Below the pieces are notes generated by a model that was given only the letters and a program-made list of their open reading frames with translations, was not told the origin of the DNA and did not search any database. The translations under genes were made by a program, and so were the position numbers. From contig DAIDHM010000065.1 in the NCBI GenBank assembly GCA_027459705.1, forward strand, positions 548-64,547: a stretch of DNA of 64,000 nt. Reading direction: 5' to 3'. This document shows positions 11,031 to 21,166 of the stretch, piece after piece. Positions within the stretch are counted from its first letter, which is position 1. Every line of letters begins with the position of its first letter. This DNA comes from Ktedonobacteria bacterium (GTDB taxonomy: Bacteria > Chloroflexota > Ktedonobacteria > Ktedonobacterales > JACDGC01).

Positions 11031-11085
11031 CGGCGGAAGAGTCCAAACCCTTCCGCCGCGTCGCGGGGATGCAATGCTGCATCCC
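11031..11085 (-). promoter_or_regulatory. Twin GC-rich hairpins just downstream of the substrate-binding-protein gene, inside the opp operon
   Basis: Hairpin 1: CGGCGGAAG (11031-11039) pairs with CTTCCGCCG (11050-11058), 9 bp. Hairpin 2: GGGATGCA (11066-11073) pairs with TGCATCCC (11078-11085), 8 bp with a 4-nt loop. No U-tract. The position fits an intra-operon attenuator or mRNA stabiliser. Confidence 0.5.
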
Positions 11086-11141
11086 TTGGCCAGAGATGCG
11101 TCACCAGCGGAACTGGTGGCGCATCCCGACCGAGTGAGAGA

Positions 11142-12986
11142 CTAGGCCCCCGAGGTGAGGTACCAGTCGGCCATGTTCCACGTGTCGCCCGCGGCATCCG
11201 GCTGGGCCTTGAAGTTGCCCAACGTGGTCTGCGTCAGCGAGATCTGCGCGCGGATGTAGAGTGGCTCGTAGAAGGCCTGCTGGGCAACATACTTCTGCAG
11301 GTTCTTGTAGATCGTCGCGCGTGCCGCCGGGTCGGCGGTCGTGCGGCCCTGCTTCAAGGCTGCGTCAACAGTTGGGTCATTCACGCCAGCGAAGTTGCCG
11401 CCGCCAACGTTGGTCGCGGACGGAATCTGGTCAGACTGGAAGAGGCCGGTGTCGGCATCCGGGTCAGACCCGATGACGTAGGCGAAGAGCGCGACGTCAT
11501 AGTTGCCAGTGGCCAGCGTGCCACCCTGGTCGAACGTCGTGAAGAGCTTGCCAGCCTTGTACTGCTGAATCACGACTTTGATGCTCAGCTGCTGGTAGGC
11601 AGCGCTCATCAGTGCCATGTAGGCATCGCGGATGGTATTGCCAGTCGTGGTGGTCAGGACGACCGTGATCGGCGTCTTGCCATCTTTGAATGTGCGATAC
11701 GCACCACCGGTTGGAATGGTGTAGCCGGCCGCATCCATCAGGGCATTGGCGGCAACCACATTATAAGTGGGGAAGGTGACGGTTGGGTCGAAGTCAATGG
11801 CGGGCGGTGCCGTCATCTCGTTCGTGAGGACGTTGGGGTCATTACAATTCGTGACACCCAGGGTCGCCCGCAGCGCGGCGCAACGGTCGAAGACCGTCTG
11901 GAACGCCTGCCGGACTTGCTGGCTCGCGAAGATCGAAGTGCCACCATTGAGCTTGGCGTTTGGCGCAACCGAGCGCTCGTTGAACTCAAGGTGCTCGAAA
12001 CCGATCTGTGAGCTGACAATCACCTGGTTCGAGGGAATACCCGCGAACTTCGGCAGATCACCGAGGGTGAAGTTTTCCACGTGGGTGTAGTTGCCAGCCT
12101 TGTAGGACTGAATCAACACGTTCTTGTCATTGGTCGTCTTGAAGATGACTTCGTTGACGAAAGGTCCTTTGAAGAAGTTCGAGTAGAACTTCGGGTTGGC
12201 CTTCATCACGATAGAGTCATTGTTCGAGAAGGAATCGACCGTGAACGCGCCATTGTCGACCGTGATATTCGTGGTCGCAATGGGATCCGTGATCAATTGC
12301 TGCGCGATGGTCGTGTTGTACTTGCCAGTGGCATCCACCAGGCCAGCATATTTGCCAGCATTGTAGACATGCGATGGCACGGGTCCCCACAGCGCGGTGA
12401 GATACGGCGCATATGGAGCAGCCCACTGGATCTTGATGGTGTTGTTATCGACCTTGGTTACCGACTTCATCTCGTTGAACGGCGAAGGATCGCCGCCGAT
12501 GTTGGGGTCGGTCGCGAAGTCGTACTGGAGCATATAGTCGTCGGCCGTGATAGGCTGCCCATCAGACCAGACCGCTTTCGGATCCAGCTTCATGGTCGTG
12601 GTCATCAAGTCAGCCGACTCATCACCATTCGCGACGGTGGGGACTTCGGAACACTGGTCGGGCTTCCACCCGGCCGCGCCAAGGGTCAAGTCGGGCAGCT
12701 GCACGACGCAACCATTGAAGAGACCACTGGTGACTTCAACGTCAACGACGAGACTGCCGCCTACACCGGCAATTGGTGAGAGTGTATCTGGGAACTGCCA
12801 GTCACCGATAACGACATTGCCACCCTTGGTGGTCGGGATGGTCGGTTTGTATGAGAAATCATACCCTGCCGACGTGGAACCGGAAGTGCTTCCGGTCTTC
12901 GCGGTTGTGCTACCGCAGGCGGCTACCAGCAATGCGGCCGTGCCGATCATGCTGAAGAGCGTGGCCTGTTTCTTGAAGGAACCCAA
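11142..12986 (-). CDS. Peptide ABC transporter substrate-binding lipoprotein (family 5, OppA/DppA-type)
   Basis: 614 aa, lipobox LLVAACGS, size and position typical of a family-5 SBP. First gene of the opp-like operon. Confidence 0.88.
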   Translation of the reverse strand: MGSFKKQATLFSMIGTAALLVAACGSTTAKTGSTSGSTSAGYDFSYKPTIPTTKGGNVVIGDWQFPDTLSPIAGVGGSLVVDVEVTSGLFNGCVVQLPDLTLGAAGWKPDQCSEVPTVANGDESADLMTTTMKLDPKAVWSDGQPITADDYMLQYDFATDPNIGGDPSPFNEMKSVTKVDNNTIKIQWAAPYAPYLTALWGPVPSHVYNAGKYAGLVDATGKYNTTIAQQLITDPIATTNITVDNGAFTVDSFSNNDSIVMKANPKFYSNFFKGPFVNEVIFKTTNDKNVLIQSYKAGNYTHVENFTLGDLPKFAGIPSNQVIVSSQIGFEHLEFNERSVAPNAKLNGGTSIFASQQVRQAFQTVFDRCAALRATLGVTNCNDPNVLTNEMTAPPAIDFDPTVTFPTYNVVAANALMDAAGYTIPTGGAYRTFKDGKTPITVVLTTTTGNTIRDAYMALMSAAYQQLSIKVVIQQYKAGKLFTTFDQGGTLATGNYDVALFAYVIGSDPDADTGLFQSDQIPSATNVGGGNFAGVNDPTVDAALKQGRTTADPAARATIYKNLQKYVAQQAFYEPLYIRAQISLTQTTLGNFKAQPDAAGDTWNMADWYLTSGA

Positions 12987-13150
12987 GTCTATCCTCCCCT
13001 GAACAATGACGGAATACTGCTCGTATGAAGACCTGTACAGCTTTTCCCCTCAAAGGACTGTACCCGAAAAACTCGGTATCTTATACGAGAAGCAGATAAT
13101 CTATCCTGCATACCTCGATCTGTTTGATCGAAAGTAGATGCAGCTTCTTA

Positions 13151-14323
13151 CTAGTGATGCGCTGGACCAGAATTAGCACTGACGGTAGGTGGTGGGTCGG
13201 CGCCATCTGTTCCCAGCCGAATGAAGATAGCAGCGGTATTGCTTCCCTGATCCGCGGGGATCAGAGCGATGACATCATTGCCGAAGGGACCGGTGGCACT
13301 CAGGTCACTGCCCTGGTAATGGATGTTATCGGCGGTGTCTCCCAGGTCTCCATAATGGAGAGGCCGGAGGGTTTCCGCGACATTACTGAGCATGCTTTTC
13401 ATATCATTCATATTGGTTGGAGTCACATCATCGGCCGCGATCCACACGACCAACCCTGGTTCCCCTTGAACTCCGCTAATCAATTCGGCGCGCTGATCGG
13501 CACTCCAGGATGTGATGCCATTCGACATCACCCAGCGTCCGACGACAAAGATGCCGTTTGCTCCATCACCTGGTACCGCGGAGATCGAACCATTTTGCAC
13601 GACTTGTAAGGCATCGTGCGCTGTTGGCATAAATTCCAAGACGGTCAGGCGATGTATGCCCTGCGCATCAGTTTTGACGTAGCGCAAGGTGACCAGGGCA
13701 CCATTCGACCACCACTGGCTATCGTACACGTCCATCCCTTTAAAGCTATATCCCTGTTGTACGAGATAGTCGCTTTTGGTGTTGCCAGGCCACCAGACGT
13801 TGATGCGGATCATATGATCTGCCATCTTGTTCGTGGTAGGGGCTACCGGGGTAGAGACATGGTTTGGATAGGCCGCGACGACTTCTGCGCCACCGCGTCC
13901 GACAATGAAGCGGATCATGCTCGCCAAAGCCGCGCCACTCGTCATGGCATTGAATGCTACCAGGACGCAGACGATCATCACCGCGATACCTGCGTGGCGA
14001 GCACTGGTCGTGAAGCCAAGGCGCGCGGGCTGTGGCTTCCGTTTGACTGGCAATGGCCGAGGCATTTCCAAACGTTGGAAGACGCGCTCCGCGATACGGT
14101 CTTCGAAATCATCCGAAGCCAACTCAAATTCTGCTTCGTCGCACCCCTGGTACAGAAGTGTTTGGGCATAGAGTGGCGGTAGCTCTTCGCGTTCCAGATT
14201 GAAGAGATCATTCAGTTGCGCGGCGAGCGTTTCGTCATCATCATCGAAGTCTACCGGGAGCGTTCGGCCATCTTGGAGAAAACGCATACCCGCAAACTCT
14301 TCCAGGTGTTCAAATTCTGCCAT
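13151..14323 (-). CDS. Putative anti-sigma factor (single-pass membrane protein) cognate to the upstream ECF sigma
   Basis: Its start overlaps the stop of the sigma gene by 14 nt. Acidic cytoplasmic N-terminus, one TM (IAVMIVCVLVAFNAMTSGAALA), and an extracytoplasmic domain of about 250 aa. The function is inferred from context only. Confidence 0.6.
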   Translation of the reverse strand: MAEFEHLEEFAGMRFLQDGRTLPVDFDDDDETLAAQLNDLFNLEREELPPLYAQTLLYQGCDEAEFELASDDFEDRIAERVFQRLEMPRPLPVKRKPQPARLGFTTSARHAGIAVMIVCVLVAFNAMTSGAALASMIRFIVGRGGAEVVAAYPNHVSTPVAPTTNKMADHMIRINVWWPGNTKSDYLVQQGYSFKGMDVYDSQWWSNGALVTLRYVKTDAQGIHRLTVLEFMPTAHDALQVVQNGSISAVPGDGANGIFVVGRWVMSNGITSWSADQRAELISGVQGEPGLVVWIAADDVTPTNMNDMKSMLSNVAETLRPLHYGDLGDTADNIHYQGSDLSATGPFGNDVIALIPADQGSNTAAIFIRLGTDGADPPPTVSANSGPAHH

Positions 14324-15065
14324 GGAGAGGCTCCCGTAATACCTCTTTTAATAACTTCCGTGTTCGCCAGAGGCGTGTGTCAATGGCGTGCTTCGACAAT
14401 CCTGTCTGGGCAGCCATCTCTTCGGTGCTCGCCAAGCGGAAGTACCGCAAATAAATTAACTGGCGGTCAAGGGCGGGCAGGCGCTCTAACGCGGCGCGTA
14501 ATTGCTCCTGCTCTTCCTTTCGCTCCAGTAAGGTATCAAGCGAATCACTCATCCAATCCGCTGGTTGCCGCAAGCGGTCGACCTGATCATTGCCTCCGGC
14601 ACTCATCTCGGTGCCATCGGCATCCAGATCGAATGCGGAGAGTGCCACGGTCGTCGTCTGACGACGTAAGAGTTGCCGACGTCGGTCCAGTGCCAGATAC
14701 TTGGCCCGCATCGTGATCCACGTGCGGAATGACCCACGTCGCGTGTCAAACGTCTCATGATCTTGCCAGATAGAGATGAAAAGATCGTTCACACACTCTT
14801 CAACATCCTGGATGGTCCCGACCTGGCCGAGAATCATGCGGATGAAGTAAAAGAGTTCGCGCGAATATCGCGCGATAATTTGTTCTAATATCTTTGGATC
14901 TCGCCGACATAACCCCGACGCAATGGCTTCGTCCGACCAGATGTCCTGTCCCATGCCACTCCTCACCTGCTCGACCTGCCCAAGAAGCTTCATTGTTTCA
15001 TGAGATACCATCGTCGAGGCTGGATCCCGTGTTTCAGCGACAGATGCACGCGCAGCCAGTTTCAT
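14310..15065 (-). CDS. ECF-type RNA polymerase sigma factor (pair 1)
   Basis: Sigma-70 region 2 (VNDLFISIWQDHETFDTRRGSFRTWITMRAKYLALDRRRQ) and region 4 HTH (LIYLRYFRLASTEEMAAQTGLSKHAIDTRLWRTRKLL). The start codon within the ORF is uncertain. Confidence 0.88.
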   Translation of the reverse strand: MKLAARASVAETRDPASTMVSHETMKLLGQVEQVRSGMGQDIWSDEAIASGLCRRDPKILEQIIARYSRELFYFIRMILGQVGTIQDVEECVNDLFISIWQDHETFDTRRGSFRTWITMRAKYLALDRRRQLLRRQTTTVALSAFDLDADGTEMSAGGNDQVDRLRQPADWMSDSLDTLLERKEEQEQLRAALERLPALDRQLIYLRYFRLASTEEMAAQTGLSKHAIDTRLWRTRKLLKEVLREPLHGRI

Positions 15066-15300
15066 ATACTCTTGTACGTTGCCACTCTGCGAAATCTCTC
15101 ATCTTGAATCGTGCGATTCTGGAGAAGATTGTCGATTGGTGAGAAGCAACAAGCTGCTTGGCTCTGTGACTGTTCCTTACTGTCAAATACGAACGAATCG
15201 GCAATCTGTCTACAGACGTGTTAAGGATATTTTAAAACTCGCTATACAAGATTGCAAGATCCCTCCAGCCACACAGTCGGTGGGAGGAGGGATCGATGGG

Positions 15301-16236
15301 TTAACTGCGCACCGCATTGTTGAGGATGAAGATCAAATTGGCGGGGCGTTCGGCCATGCGGCGTGTCAAATAGGGATACCAACGCGTGCCATAGGGGACG
15401 TAGACGCGCACGTTGTACCCGTCGGCGACGAGTTGGTCCTGGATGTCTCGCCGAATGCCGTAGAGCATCTGGAATTCGAAGCGATCCTGGCTGATCTGAT
15501 GGTCGCGCGCGAATTGCTTGGCGTCCTCGATGATACGTGGATCGTGCGTCGCAATAGCGGGGTACACCCCATGTAACAGGAGGGTATGAGTAATTTGACG
15601 ATAATGTTCGTCGACATCAAATTTGTGGGGAAAGGCGATCGTGGCTGGTTCGCGATAAGCGCCTTTGACGAGCCTGACCCGGATGCCGCGCTCGATCAAA
15701 AAGGCAACATCATCGGCGCTACGGTGCAGCATGGATTGGATCACCGTCCCCACACACCCGCCGGGGACTTGTGATTTCCCATTGAACTCGGCGTGGAGTT
15801 GCTGCGTTATGCGGAGTGTCGCGTCCGTATATGCTGAGCCTTCCATATCGATACGCACGAAGAGATTGTGACGTGCGGCGCTTTCGAGCACTTTGCGGAT
15901 ATTGCCCACGCAGAGGTCTTCATCGATATCCAGCCCCAGGGCCGATGGCTTGATGGAGATATTGGCACTTGCCCCAGTCGCGCCAATGCGATCCAGGATT
16001 GCCAGGTAGTCCAGGGCGGTATGCTCGGCTTCGGCGACACTCGTCGTATTCTCGCCAAGAAAGTCGAGCGAGACCATGATGTTTTTCGCGTTAAGGGTGG
16101 AAGTGACGGCCATGGCCTCGTCGAGCGTCTCGCCAGCGACAAAGCGACTGGCGATCTGTCGGCCGATCTGGTTGCGCGTCACGAATTGATGGACGGCAGG
16201 TACGCCTGCCGCCGACAGGACAAATTGTTTCAACAT
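15301..16236 (-). CDS. Proline dehydrogenase (monofunctional PutA-like)
   Basis: 311 aa. Family-typical N-terminus (RFVAGETLDEAM...VSLDFLGE) and C-terminus (FEFQMLYGIRRDIQDQL...VRVYVPYG..WYPYLTRRMAERPANL). Confidence 0.9.
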   Translation of the reverse strand: MLKQFVLSAAGVPAVHQFVTRNQIGRQIASRFVAGETLDEAMAVTSTLNAKNIMVSLDFLGENTTSVAEAEHTALDYLAILDRIGATGASANISIKPSALGLDIDEDLCVGNIRKVLESAARHNLFVRIDMEGSAYTDATLRITQQLHAEFNGKSQVPGGCVGTVIQSMLHRSADDVAFLIERGIRVRLVKGAYREPATIAFPHKFDVDEHYRQITHTLLLHGVYPAIATHDPRIIEDAKQFARDHQISQDRFEFQMLYGIRRDIQDQLVADGYNVRVYVPYGTRWYPYLTRRMAERPANLIFILNNAVRS

Positions 16237-16326
16237 GCGCTTCGCTCCAATGCGCAGAATGGCGCCGCGCCATTGCGGCGCGTAAGTCGCGGTATGATTG
16301 ACATTATATCAGAGATCCGGGCCCCG

Positions 16327-16351
16327 ATCGCAGCGATCAGATCGCTGCGAT
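16327..16351. promoter_or_regulatory. Perfect 11-bp inverted repeat with 3-nt spacer in a divergent intergenic region
   Basis: ATCGCAGCGAT-CAG-ATCGCTGCGAT, all 11 positions complementary. It lies between the proline dehydrogenase start (16236, -) and the 16455 (+) gene. Candidate operator or hairpin. Confidence 0.45.
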
Positions 16352-16454
16352 GAGCGGCCAGCGAGGACGAGAGAGCACAATATCACCAGGTCCAGGAATG
16401 AATATTGCGAATGGTTTCTGAGATGGATCACATCGGGAGGGGCAGAGACGACGC

Positions 16455-17432
16455 ATGACGGTCGTGATGGCATCATTAGGGTGGACAGATACCATGGTTC
16501 AGATGCTCATGGTGACGACGCTCGCCGCCCTGTGTGGTGGAGGCATCGCCACCTGGCTCGTTATGCGCTTCTGGGCCCCGACGATCAAACGTATGGCGGT
16601 CGCGGTTGACCGCGAAGCGCGACGTCGGCGCGCGCTGGAAGAAGAAGTGCGTCATCGTGGCGAGAGCGGACCGCGCGGAGTCTCCGTCGAATTCGCGGGT
16701 GAGGCCATTCGCGATCTGCACAACCTGACTGACGATCTCGACCAACATGCCCATTCCCTGCGGGCGCTGGCGCGGCGTATCTCCACCGAATCGAACTCAG
16801 GCCCACTTCCCGCCTCGGTGTTGCAAGCCGCGGCGGATCGCGCCGAGGAAATCGCGCGCACCGCCGCGCAAGCACGTCGCACCTATAAACGGGTCAGTCA
16901 TCTGCTGGGGGATGTTGAAACTGCAGGCCCCGCGCATGAATTGGCGCATATGACCCGCGCGGTCGATGAGACGCCACGCTATGCGGATGAACGCGGCAGT
17001 GGTGGCCAGTCTCGCGTACCCCGCCACCAGAGCGAGCCAGATCTCGCAGCACGCTATCACCCTGGGTCAGATCCATCCGTGCGATATCATGCCGACCAGG
17101 CCCCACCGGCACCAGATCATCCGGCCACACGTGTCAGAGGGGAGCAAGATTCCCATGCGCGGCAATCCCGTTCTCCTCGTGACCTCATGATCGATCCCCG
17201 CCCCTCCGCGCGCTACCCAGAAGATCCTCCCCGTTCCCTCACGCGCTACCCGGAAGATCCGCCGCGACCGTCCACGCGTTACCCGGAAGATTCGCCGCGT
17301 CTGTCCACGCGCTACCCGGAAGATTCGCCGCGCCAGGGGGGGCGACCAACGCGCGATCGCGAGCGGCGCGACTCGCATCGTGAGGAACGCCCGCGAGAGA
17401 CACGCCGCGCGCGCGATGACCAGGATCGATGA
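16455..17432 (+). CDS. Hypothetical membrane-anchored protein with charged coiled region and C-terminal RYPEDxPR tandem repeats
   Basis: N-terminal TM (MLMVTTLAALCGGGIATWLVM), an Arg/Glu-rich helix, and a disordered Pro/Arg/Asp tail. No family recognised. Confidence 0.6.
   Translation: MTVVMASLGWTDTMVQMLMVTTLAALCGGGIATWLVMRFWAPTIKRMAVAVDREARRRRALEEEVRHRGESGPRGVSVEFAGEAIRDLHNLTDDLDQHAHSLRALARRISTESNSGPLPASVLQAAADRAEEIARTAAQARRTYKRVSHLLGDVETAGPAHELAHMTRAVDETPRYADERGSGGQSRVPRHQSEPDLAARYHPGSDPSVRYHADQAPPAPDHPATRVRGEQDSHARQSRSPRDLMIDPRPSARYPEDPPRSLTRYPEDPPRPSTRYPEDSPRLSTRYPEDSPRQGGRPTRDRERRDSHREERPRETRRARDDQDR
17211..17336 (+). repeat. Four tandem 33-nt in-frame repeats (RYPED[P/S]PRxxT)
   Basis: CGCTACCC[A/G]GAAGAT[C/T]C.CC.CG... 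recurs at 17211, 17244, 17277 and 17310. It encodes RYPEDPPRSLT, RYPEDPPRPST, RYPEDSPRLST, RYPEDSPRQ. Confidence 0.9.
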
Positions 17433-17439
17433 TACAGGT

Positions 17440-17488
17440 AGCTCTGTCACCAGAGCTCTGCCCCTCCGTCGGCATACCGGAGCGGCAG
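17440..17488. terminator. Two adjacent hairpins between convergent genes
   Basis: AGCTCTG-TCAC-CAGAGCT (17440-17457), then CTGCCCCTCCG...CGGAGCGGCAG with one mismatch (17458-17488). They lie between the 17432 stop (+) and the 17510 stop (-). Confidence 0.45.
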
Positions 17489-17509
17489 AGCCGTGACGTT
17501 GTGCGATTG

Positions 17510-18943
17510 CTATGAACCAGGAATGGATGCTGGGCCAGGGGTGGGGGTCGTCGAGAGGATGACCGGCGGTCGCGGCGATTGCGTGAAGTTGAAATCGTTC
17601 GCCAAATTACCCAGGATGGAGACATTCTCGCGCACTGTCGGCCGTGGATCGGGTCGCCCATCGGTCTGCGGATCGAGCCGGGCGCCACCGAGAAAATCAT
17701 CCTCGATGAACTTGAGATAGGCATCGAAGCTCAAAGTCTGATGATCGATATAGCCGGTCTTGGCATAGGGGCTGATCACCAGGCCAGGGACGCGTAACCC
17801 GTAGCCATTCTGGTCGACATTTGGTGGGACAACGTGATCATAAAATCCACCCCAGTCGTCCCACGTCAAAAATATGGCGGTGCTATCCCACTCGGGACTT
17901 TGCATGATAGCATTGATCACACTGGTGACGTAGCTCTGGCCCGCGCTCACCAGGGCGGGTGGGTGCTCGCTCACCTTGCCATTTGGGACGACCCACGAGA
18001 CCGCCGGCAGGCTGTTGCTCTTCAGGGCTGTGAAGAGGCTATCGACCGGCTGAATATTGCCCAATTGCCCGTCCTGTTGCACATCCGTGAAGTTGGGGAG
18101 CGGATTCCAGATTCCTGGCACCTTGGCGTTCTGTGCGGCCGACGCGCAGATCATCTGGTCATCGGCGCAGTCTGGTTGTGTGCCATTAGAAAGATAATAG
18201 CCCCAGCTGACGTTATCTTTATGCATCAGATAGGTCAGGTCGGTCCAGGCATAGATATCTTTCGATGTGTTCAATCCATTCGTCAACGCCACATCGTTTT
18301 GGCAACTGGAAGGGCTGGTGGAAGTGCATTTGGCGGACCAGCCAGAGACCATGAAGAGGTGTGCCGGCAACGACCACGAAGCGTCGGGCTCGAACATGTG
18401 ATCTTGTAAGACGAACTGCTGGGCATAGGTCCAGTAGTTCGGGATCTCTCGAGCATCATGCCAGCCCATGACATCCTGGTTCGTGAGTTGAGTACAGATG
18501 GGGTTGTTAGAATTGGTGCACCCGCGCCGTCCTTTCTCAGCCTGGGCGATGAAACCATCTAACTTGCCGCCATCGATGTCGGCCTGGGCATTGACCGCGC
18601 CATGTGGCCCACCACCGTTGAGATCATTGGGATCATGATACGGCTTCTGGCATTGACCGGTCTTCGGATCATTGACGCAGACGGTCGGGACGCCATTCTG
18701 CATGGGAATCCCGTCAGCCCCCGGATAGGTCCCGAAGTAGCTATCGAACGAGCGGTTCTCCTGCATGATCACAACGACATGTTTGATCTTATGGATACCG
18801 GCATCCGCAGGTGTCGTGCTGGTCGTGTTCGAGCTCGGCCCGCAGGCCGAGAGGAGTAAAAATCCCAGAGAAACCATCGCAATAGGCTTCCAGATGCGGA
18901 AACCAGGAGCGGTGCTGCTCGAGAAGATCGAAGGTGCTGCCAT
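17510..18943 (-). CDS. Phosphoesterase-family lipoprotein (non-hemolytic phospholipase C / acid phosphatase AcpA type)
   Basis: Lipobox LLLSACGPS. Family hallmark [27 protein letters not shown] and a later [13 protein letters not shown] motif. Confidence 0.88.
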   Translation of the reverse strand: MAAPSIFSSSTAPGFRIWKPIAMVSLGFLLLSACGPSSNTTSTTPADAGIHKIKHVVVIMQENRSFDSYFGTYPGADGIPMQNGVPTVCVNDPKTGQCQKPYHDPNDLNGGGPHGAVNAQADIDGGKLDGFIAQAEKGRRGCTNSNNPICTQLTNQDVMGWHDAREIPNYWTYAQQFVLQDHMFEPDASWSLPAHLFMVSGWSAKCTSTSPSSCQNDVALTNGLNTSKDIYAWTDLTYLMHKDNVSWGYYLSNGTQPDCADDQMICASAAQNAKVPGIWNPLPNFTDVQQDGQLGNIQPVDSLFTALKSNSLPAVSWVVPNGKVSEHPPALVSAGQSYVTSVINAIMQSPEWDSTAIFLTWDDWGGFYDHVVPPNVDQNGYGLRVPGLVISPYAKTGYIDHQTLSFDAYLKFIEDDFLGGARLDPQTDGRPDPRPTVRENVSILGNLANDFNFTQSPRPPVILSTTPTPGPASIPGS

Positions 18944-19380
18944 ACGCGCGAATCCCTTTCATGGACGATGGAGAGCGACGTGACCACTGCCGCGACCTGT
19001 CCGCGATGTCCATATCCGATTGGATAGAACTACCTGGGGTAGAGCAGACAGGGCGTGAGCGCGGTGCTGTCGTTTGCCACGATATCACCTTGTTTACACG
19101 CACGTGCACCCGTCACCGTTTCAGGGCAATAGCATCATCACTGACGGGTACGCCACAAACCTGGCTGAAACAGCTGGGGCGTGCATGGATCTATAAGTAC
19201 ATAGATATTCGGCGTCTGGTGCAAAGCAGGAAGCAGGCCAGAGGAAGATAATCCGGGGTTGCTAGCGGATCGCATCGCGCCATCGGACCATTTTCATGAC
19301 GTCCACCTTGCTTTGGATGCTTTTGGACATGTTCATTCCACTGAGGTCAGTTATCGCGCTTTTCTCATCTCACGAGACAG

Positions 19381-20895
19381 CTACCACCCCATGTCACGCG
19401 TCACCAGGTCCGCGACGATCTTGCCTGAAAGCATGACCAGTGGGAGGCCGCCGCCGGGATGCGTGCTCCCGCCGACGAAATACAGATTGCGGATATCGCG
19501 AGCGCGGTTCTGAGGCCGCTCGAATGGCGCGAAGCGGCTATTTGACGAGAAGCCATAGATCGCGCCGCGCTGGGCGCCATAGCGGGCGCGCAGATCGTCG
19601 GGGGTGATGATGCGTTCGACGACGATGTGTTGGCGCAAATCGGGGAGCCCCATGCGCTCCAGCTTTGCCAGCACCAGATCGCGGTAGCGATCGCGTTCCG
19701 CGCGCCAATCATACGCTGGGCTGAGAGCAGGCGCATTGACCAGTATGAAGAGATTCTCGCCGCCGGGAGGCGCCTGGGTGGGATCCGTCCGCGAGGTGGC
19801 GCAGACATAGATCGTCGGGTCGCGTGGCGCGACGCGTTCGCTACAGATTTCGGCGAACTCGGCATGGTAATCGCCGCTGAAAAAGACATTGTGGTGCTGG
19901 ATCTGATCATAACGTCGGTTAGTCCCCAGCAGTAAGACGTAGCCAGAGAGCGATGGCTCCAGCCGATCGATGCGCGAGACGACTTGCTGGGAGCGGTCCG
20001 CGCTACGGAGGAGATCATGATAGGTCGTCGCGACATCGACATTGGAGATCACGAGGTCACTGGCGACGGTCGTCCCATCGATCAACTGAACGCCAGCGGC
20101 GCGCCCATCCTTGCACCAGATACTCTCCACCGCCGCTTCTGTCAGGATCTCGACCCCCACGCGCTCCGCTAACCCGACGAGCGCGCGGGCGATCTGGTAC
20201 ATTCCCCCGCGCGGATACCAGGCGCCGAAGCTATATTCAACAAACGGGATAATGGCATACAGCGCTGGGCTCAGGTATGGTGATGAACCATTATAGGTCG
20301 CGTAGCGGTCAAACAATTGACGCACATGGGGATCGGCGAAGTGGCGGCGGACGAGACCATCCAACGAGATTGGCGCCAACACCCGGCCAAGATCACCGGG
20401 GCGGTTGAGCCGTCGCGCGAACTGCCCGGCGATCTGGAGGGGCGATCCCAATGCGTCGAAGAGGAACGGTCCAGCGGTCAGGTCATAGACGCGGCGGCCA
20501 TAGTCAATGAAAGTGCGAAATCCCGCGGCATCGTGGTCGCTGAAGGTACTGAGGGCCGCCGCCATGTGGTCCAGGTTGGCTGGTGCGTCGAAGATGACTC
20601 CATCGGGATAGACATAATGACAGATCGGATCCAGCGGGATGAGATCCAGTGCATCATCCATCTGCGCACCCGCGGTGGCAAAGAGATCGCGCGCAACCTG
20701 GGGCATTGTCAGCAGCGATGGGCCCGTGTCGAAGGTGAATCCATCGGTGTTGATGCTATTCAGCTTACCACCCGGCTCGCGGTTCCGCTCAAAGACGCGT
20801 ACTCGTGCCCCCGCGACCGCCAGCCGGATGGCGGCGGCCAGTCCGCCAACCCCCGCGCCAATGATGATGACATTACCCTTGCTTGATCCACTCAT
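19381..20895 (-). CDS. Phytoene desaturase-family FAD-dependent oxidoreductase (CrtI/CrtD-like)
   Basis: Dinucleotide fold VIIIGAGVGGLAAAIRLAVAGARVRVFERNREPGGK and C-terminal YFVGGSTHPGGGLPLVMLSG. The ORF extends to 20997, but ATG 20895 sits directly before the Rossmann motif. Confidence 0.85.
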   Translation of the reverse strand: MSGSSKGNVIIIGAGVGGLAAAIRLAVAGARVRVFERNREPGGKLNSINTDGFTFDTGPSLLTMPQVARDLFATAGAQMDDALDLIPLDPICHYVYPDGVIFDAPANLDHMAAALSTFSDHDAAGFRTFIDYGRRVYDLTAGPFLFDALGSPLQIAGQFARRLNRPGDLGRVLAPISLDGLVRRHFADPHVRQLFDRYATYNGSSPYLSPALYAIIPFVEYSFGAWYPRGGMYQIARALVGLAERVGVEILTEAAVESIWCKDGRAAGVQLIDGTTVASDLVISNVDVATTYHDLLRSADRSQQVVSRIDRLEPSLSGYVLLLGTNRRYDQIQHHNVFFSGDYHAEFAEICSERVAPRDPTIYVCATSRTDPTQAPPGGENLFILVNAPALSPAYDWRAERDRYRDLVLAKLERMGLPDLRQHIVVERIITPDDLRARYGAQRGAIYGFSSNSRFAPFERPQNRARDIRNLYFVGGSTHPGGGLPLVMLSGKIVADLVTRDMGW

Positions 20896-21166
20896 TGTGC
20901 TCGCCTCCACCCAGATCCACTCAGCCAGTGCATAGATGATAACGATTGCATAGTCAGCACAGTAGCGTAGCATGCGCGTGCTGGTGTGACCCACCAATGA
21001 TGATACCGTTCAGTCGGCCCGGAGAACAAGCACAAGGAGTGCCTGAACTCGTTCAATGCGAATGGGTGACGATCCGCGCCAGAACCTTTCGCGCGAGGTC
21101 GCACGCACACTATAATAATGATGGTTGAGCGATCAAGAATTGCGGCTGAGGAAGAGGATTTTTGCC

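Noticed and set aside
10579-11197. Two minus-strand ORFs (10579-10863, 10868-11197) in the opp internal spacer as real small genes.
   Set aside because: No RBS and no recognisable motif. The second overlaps the 3' end of the SBP gene and the hairpins. The spacer itself is flagged as a finding instead.
17211-17336. Possibility that the tandem repeats at 17211-17336 and 37042-37119 are CRISPR-like arrays or minisatellite non-coding DNA.
   Set aside because: The units are contiguous with no spacers. Their periods are multiples of 3, and they are in frame within long ORFs. I saw no repeat-spacer architecture or cas genes anywhere in the window.
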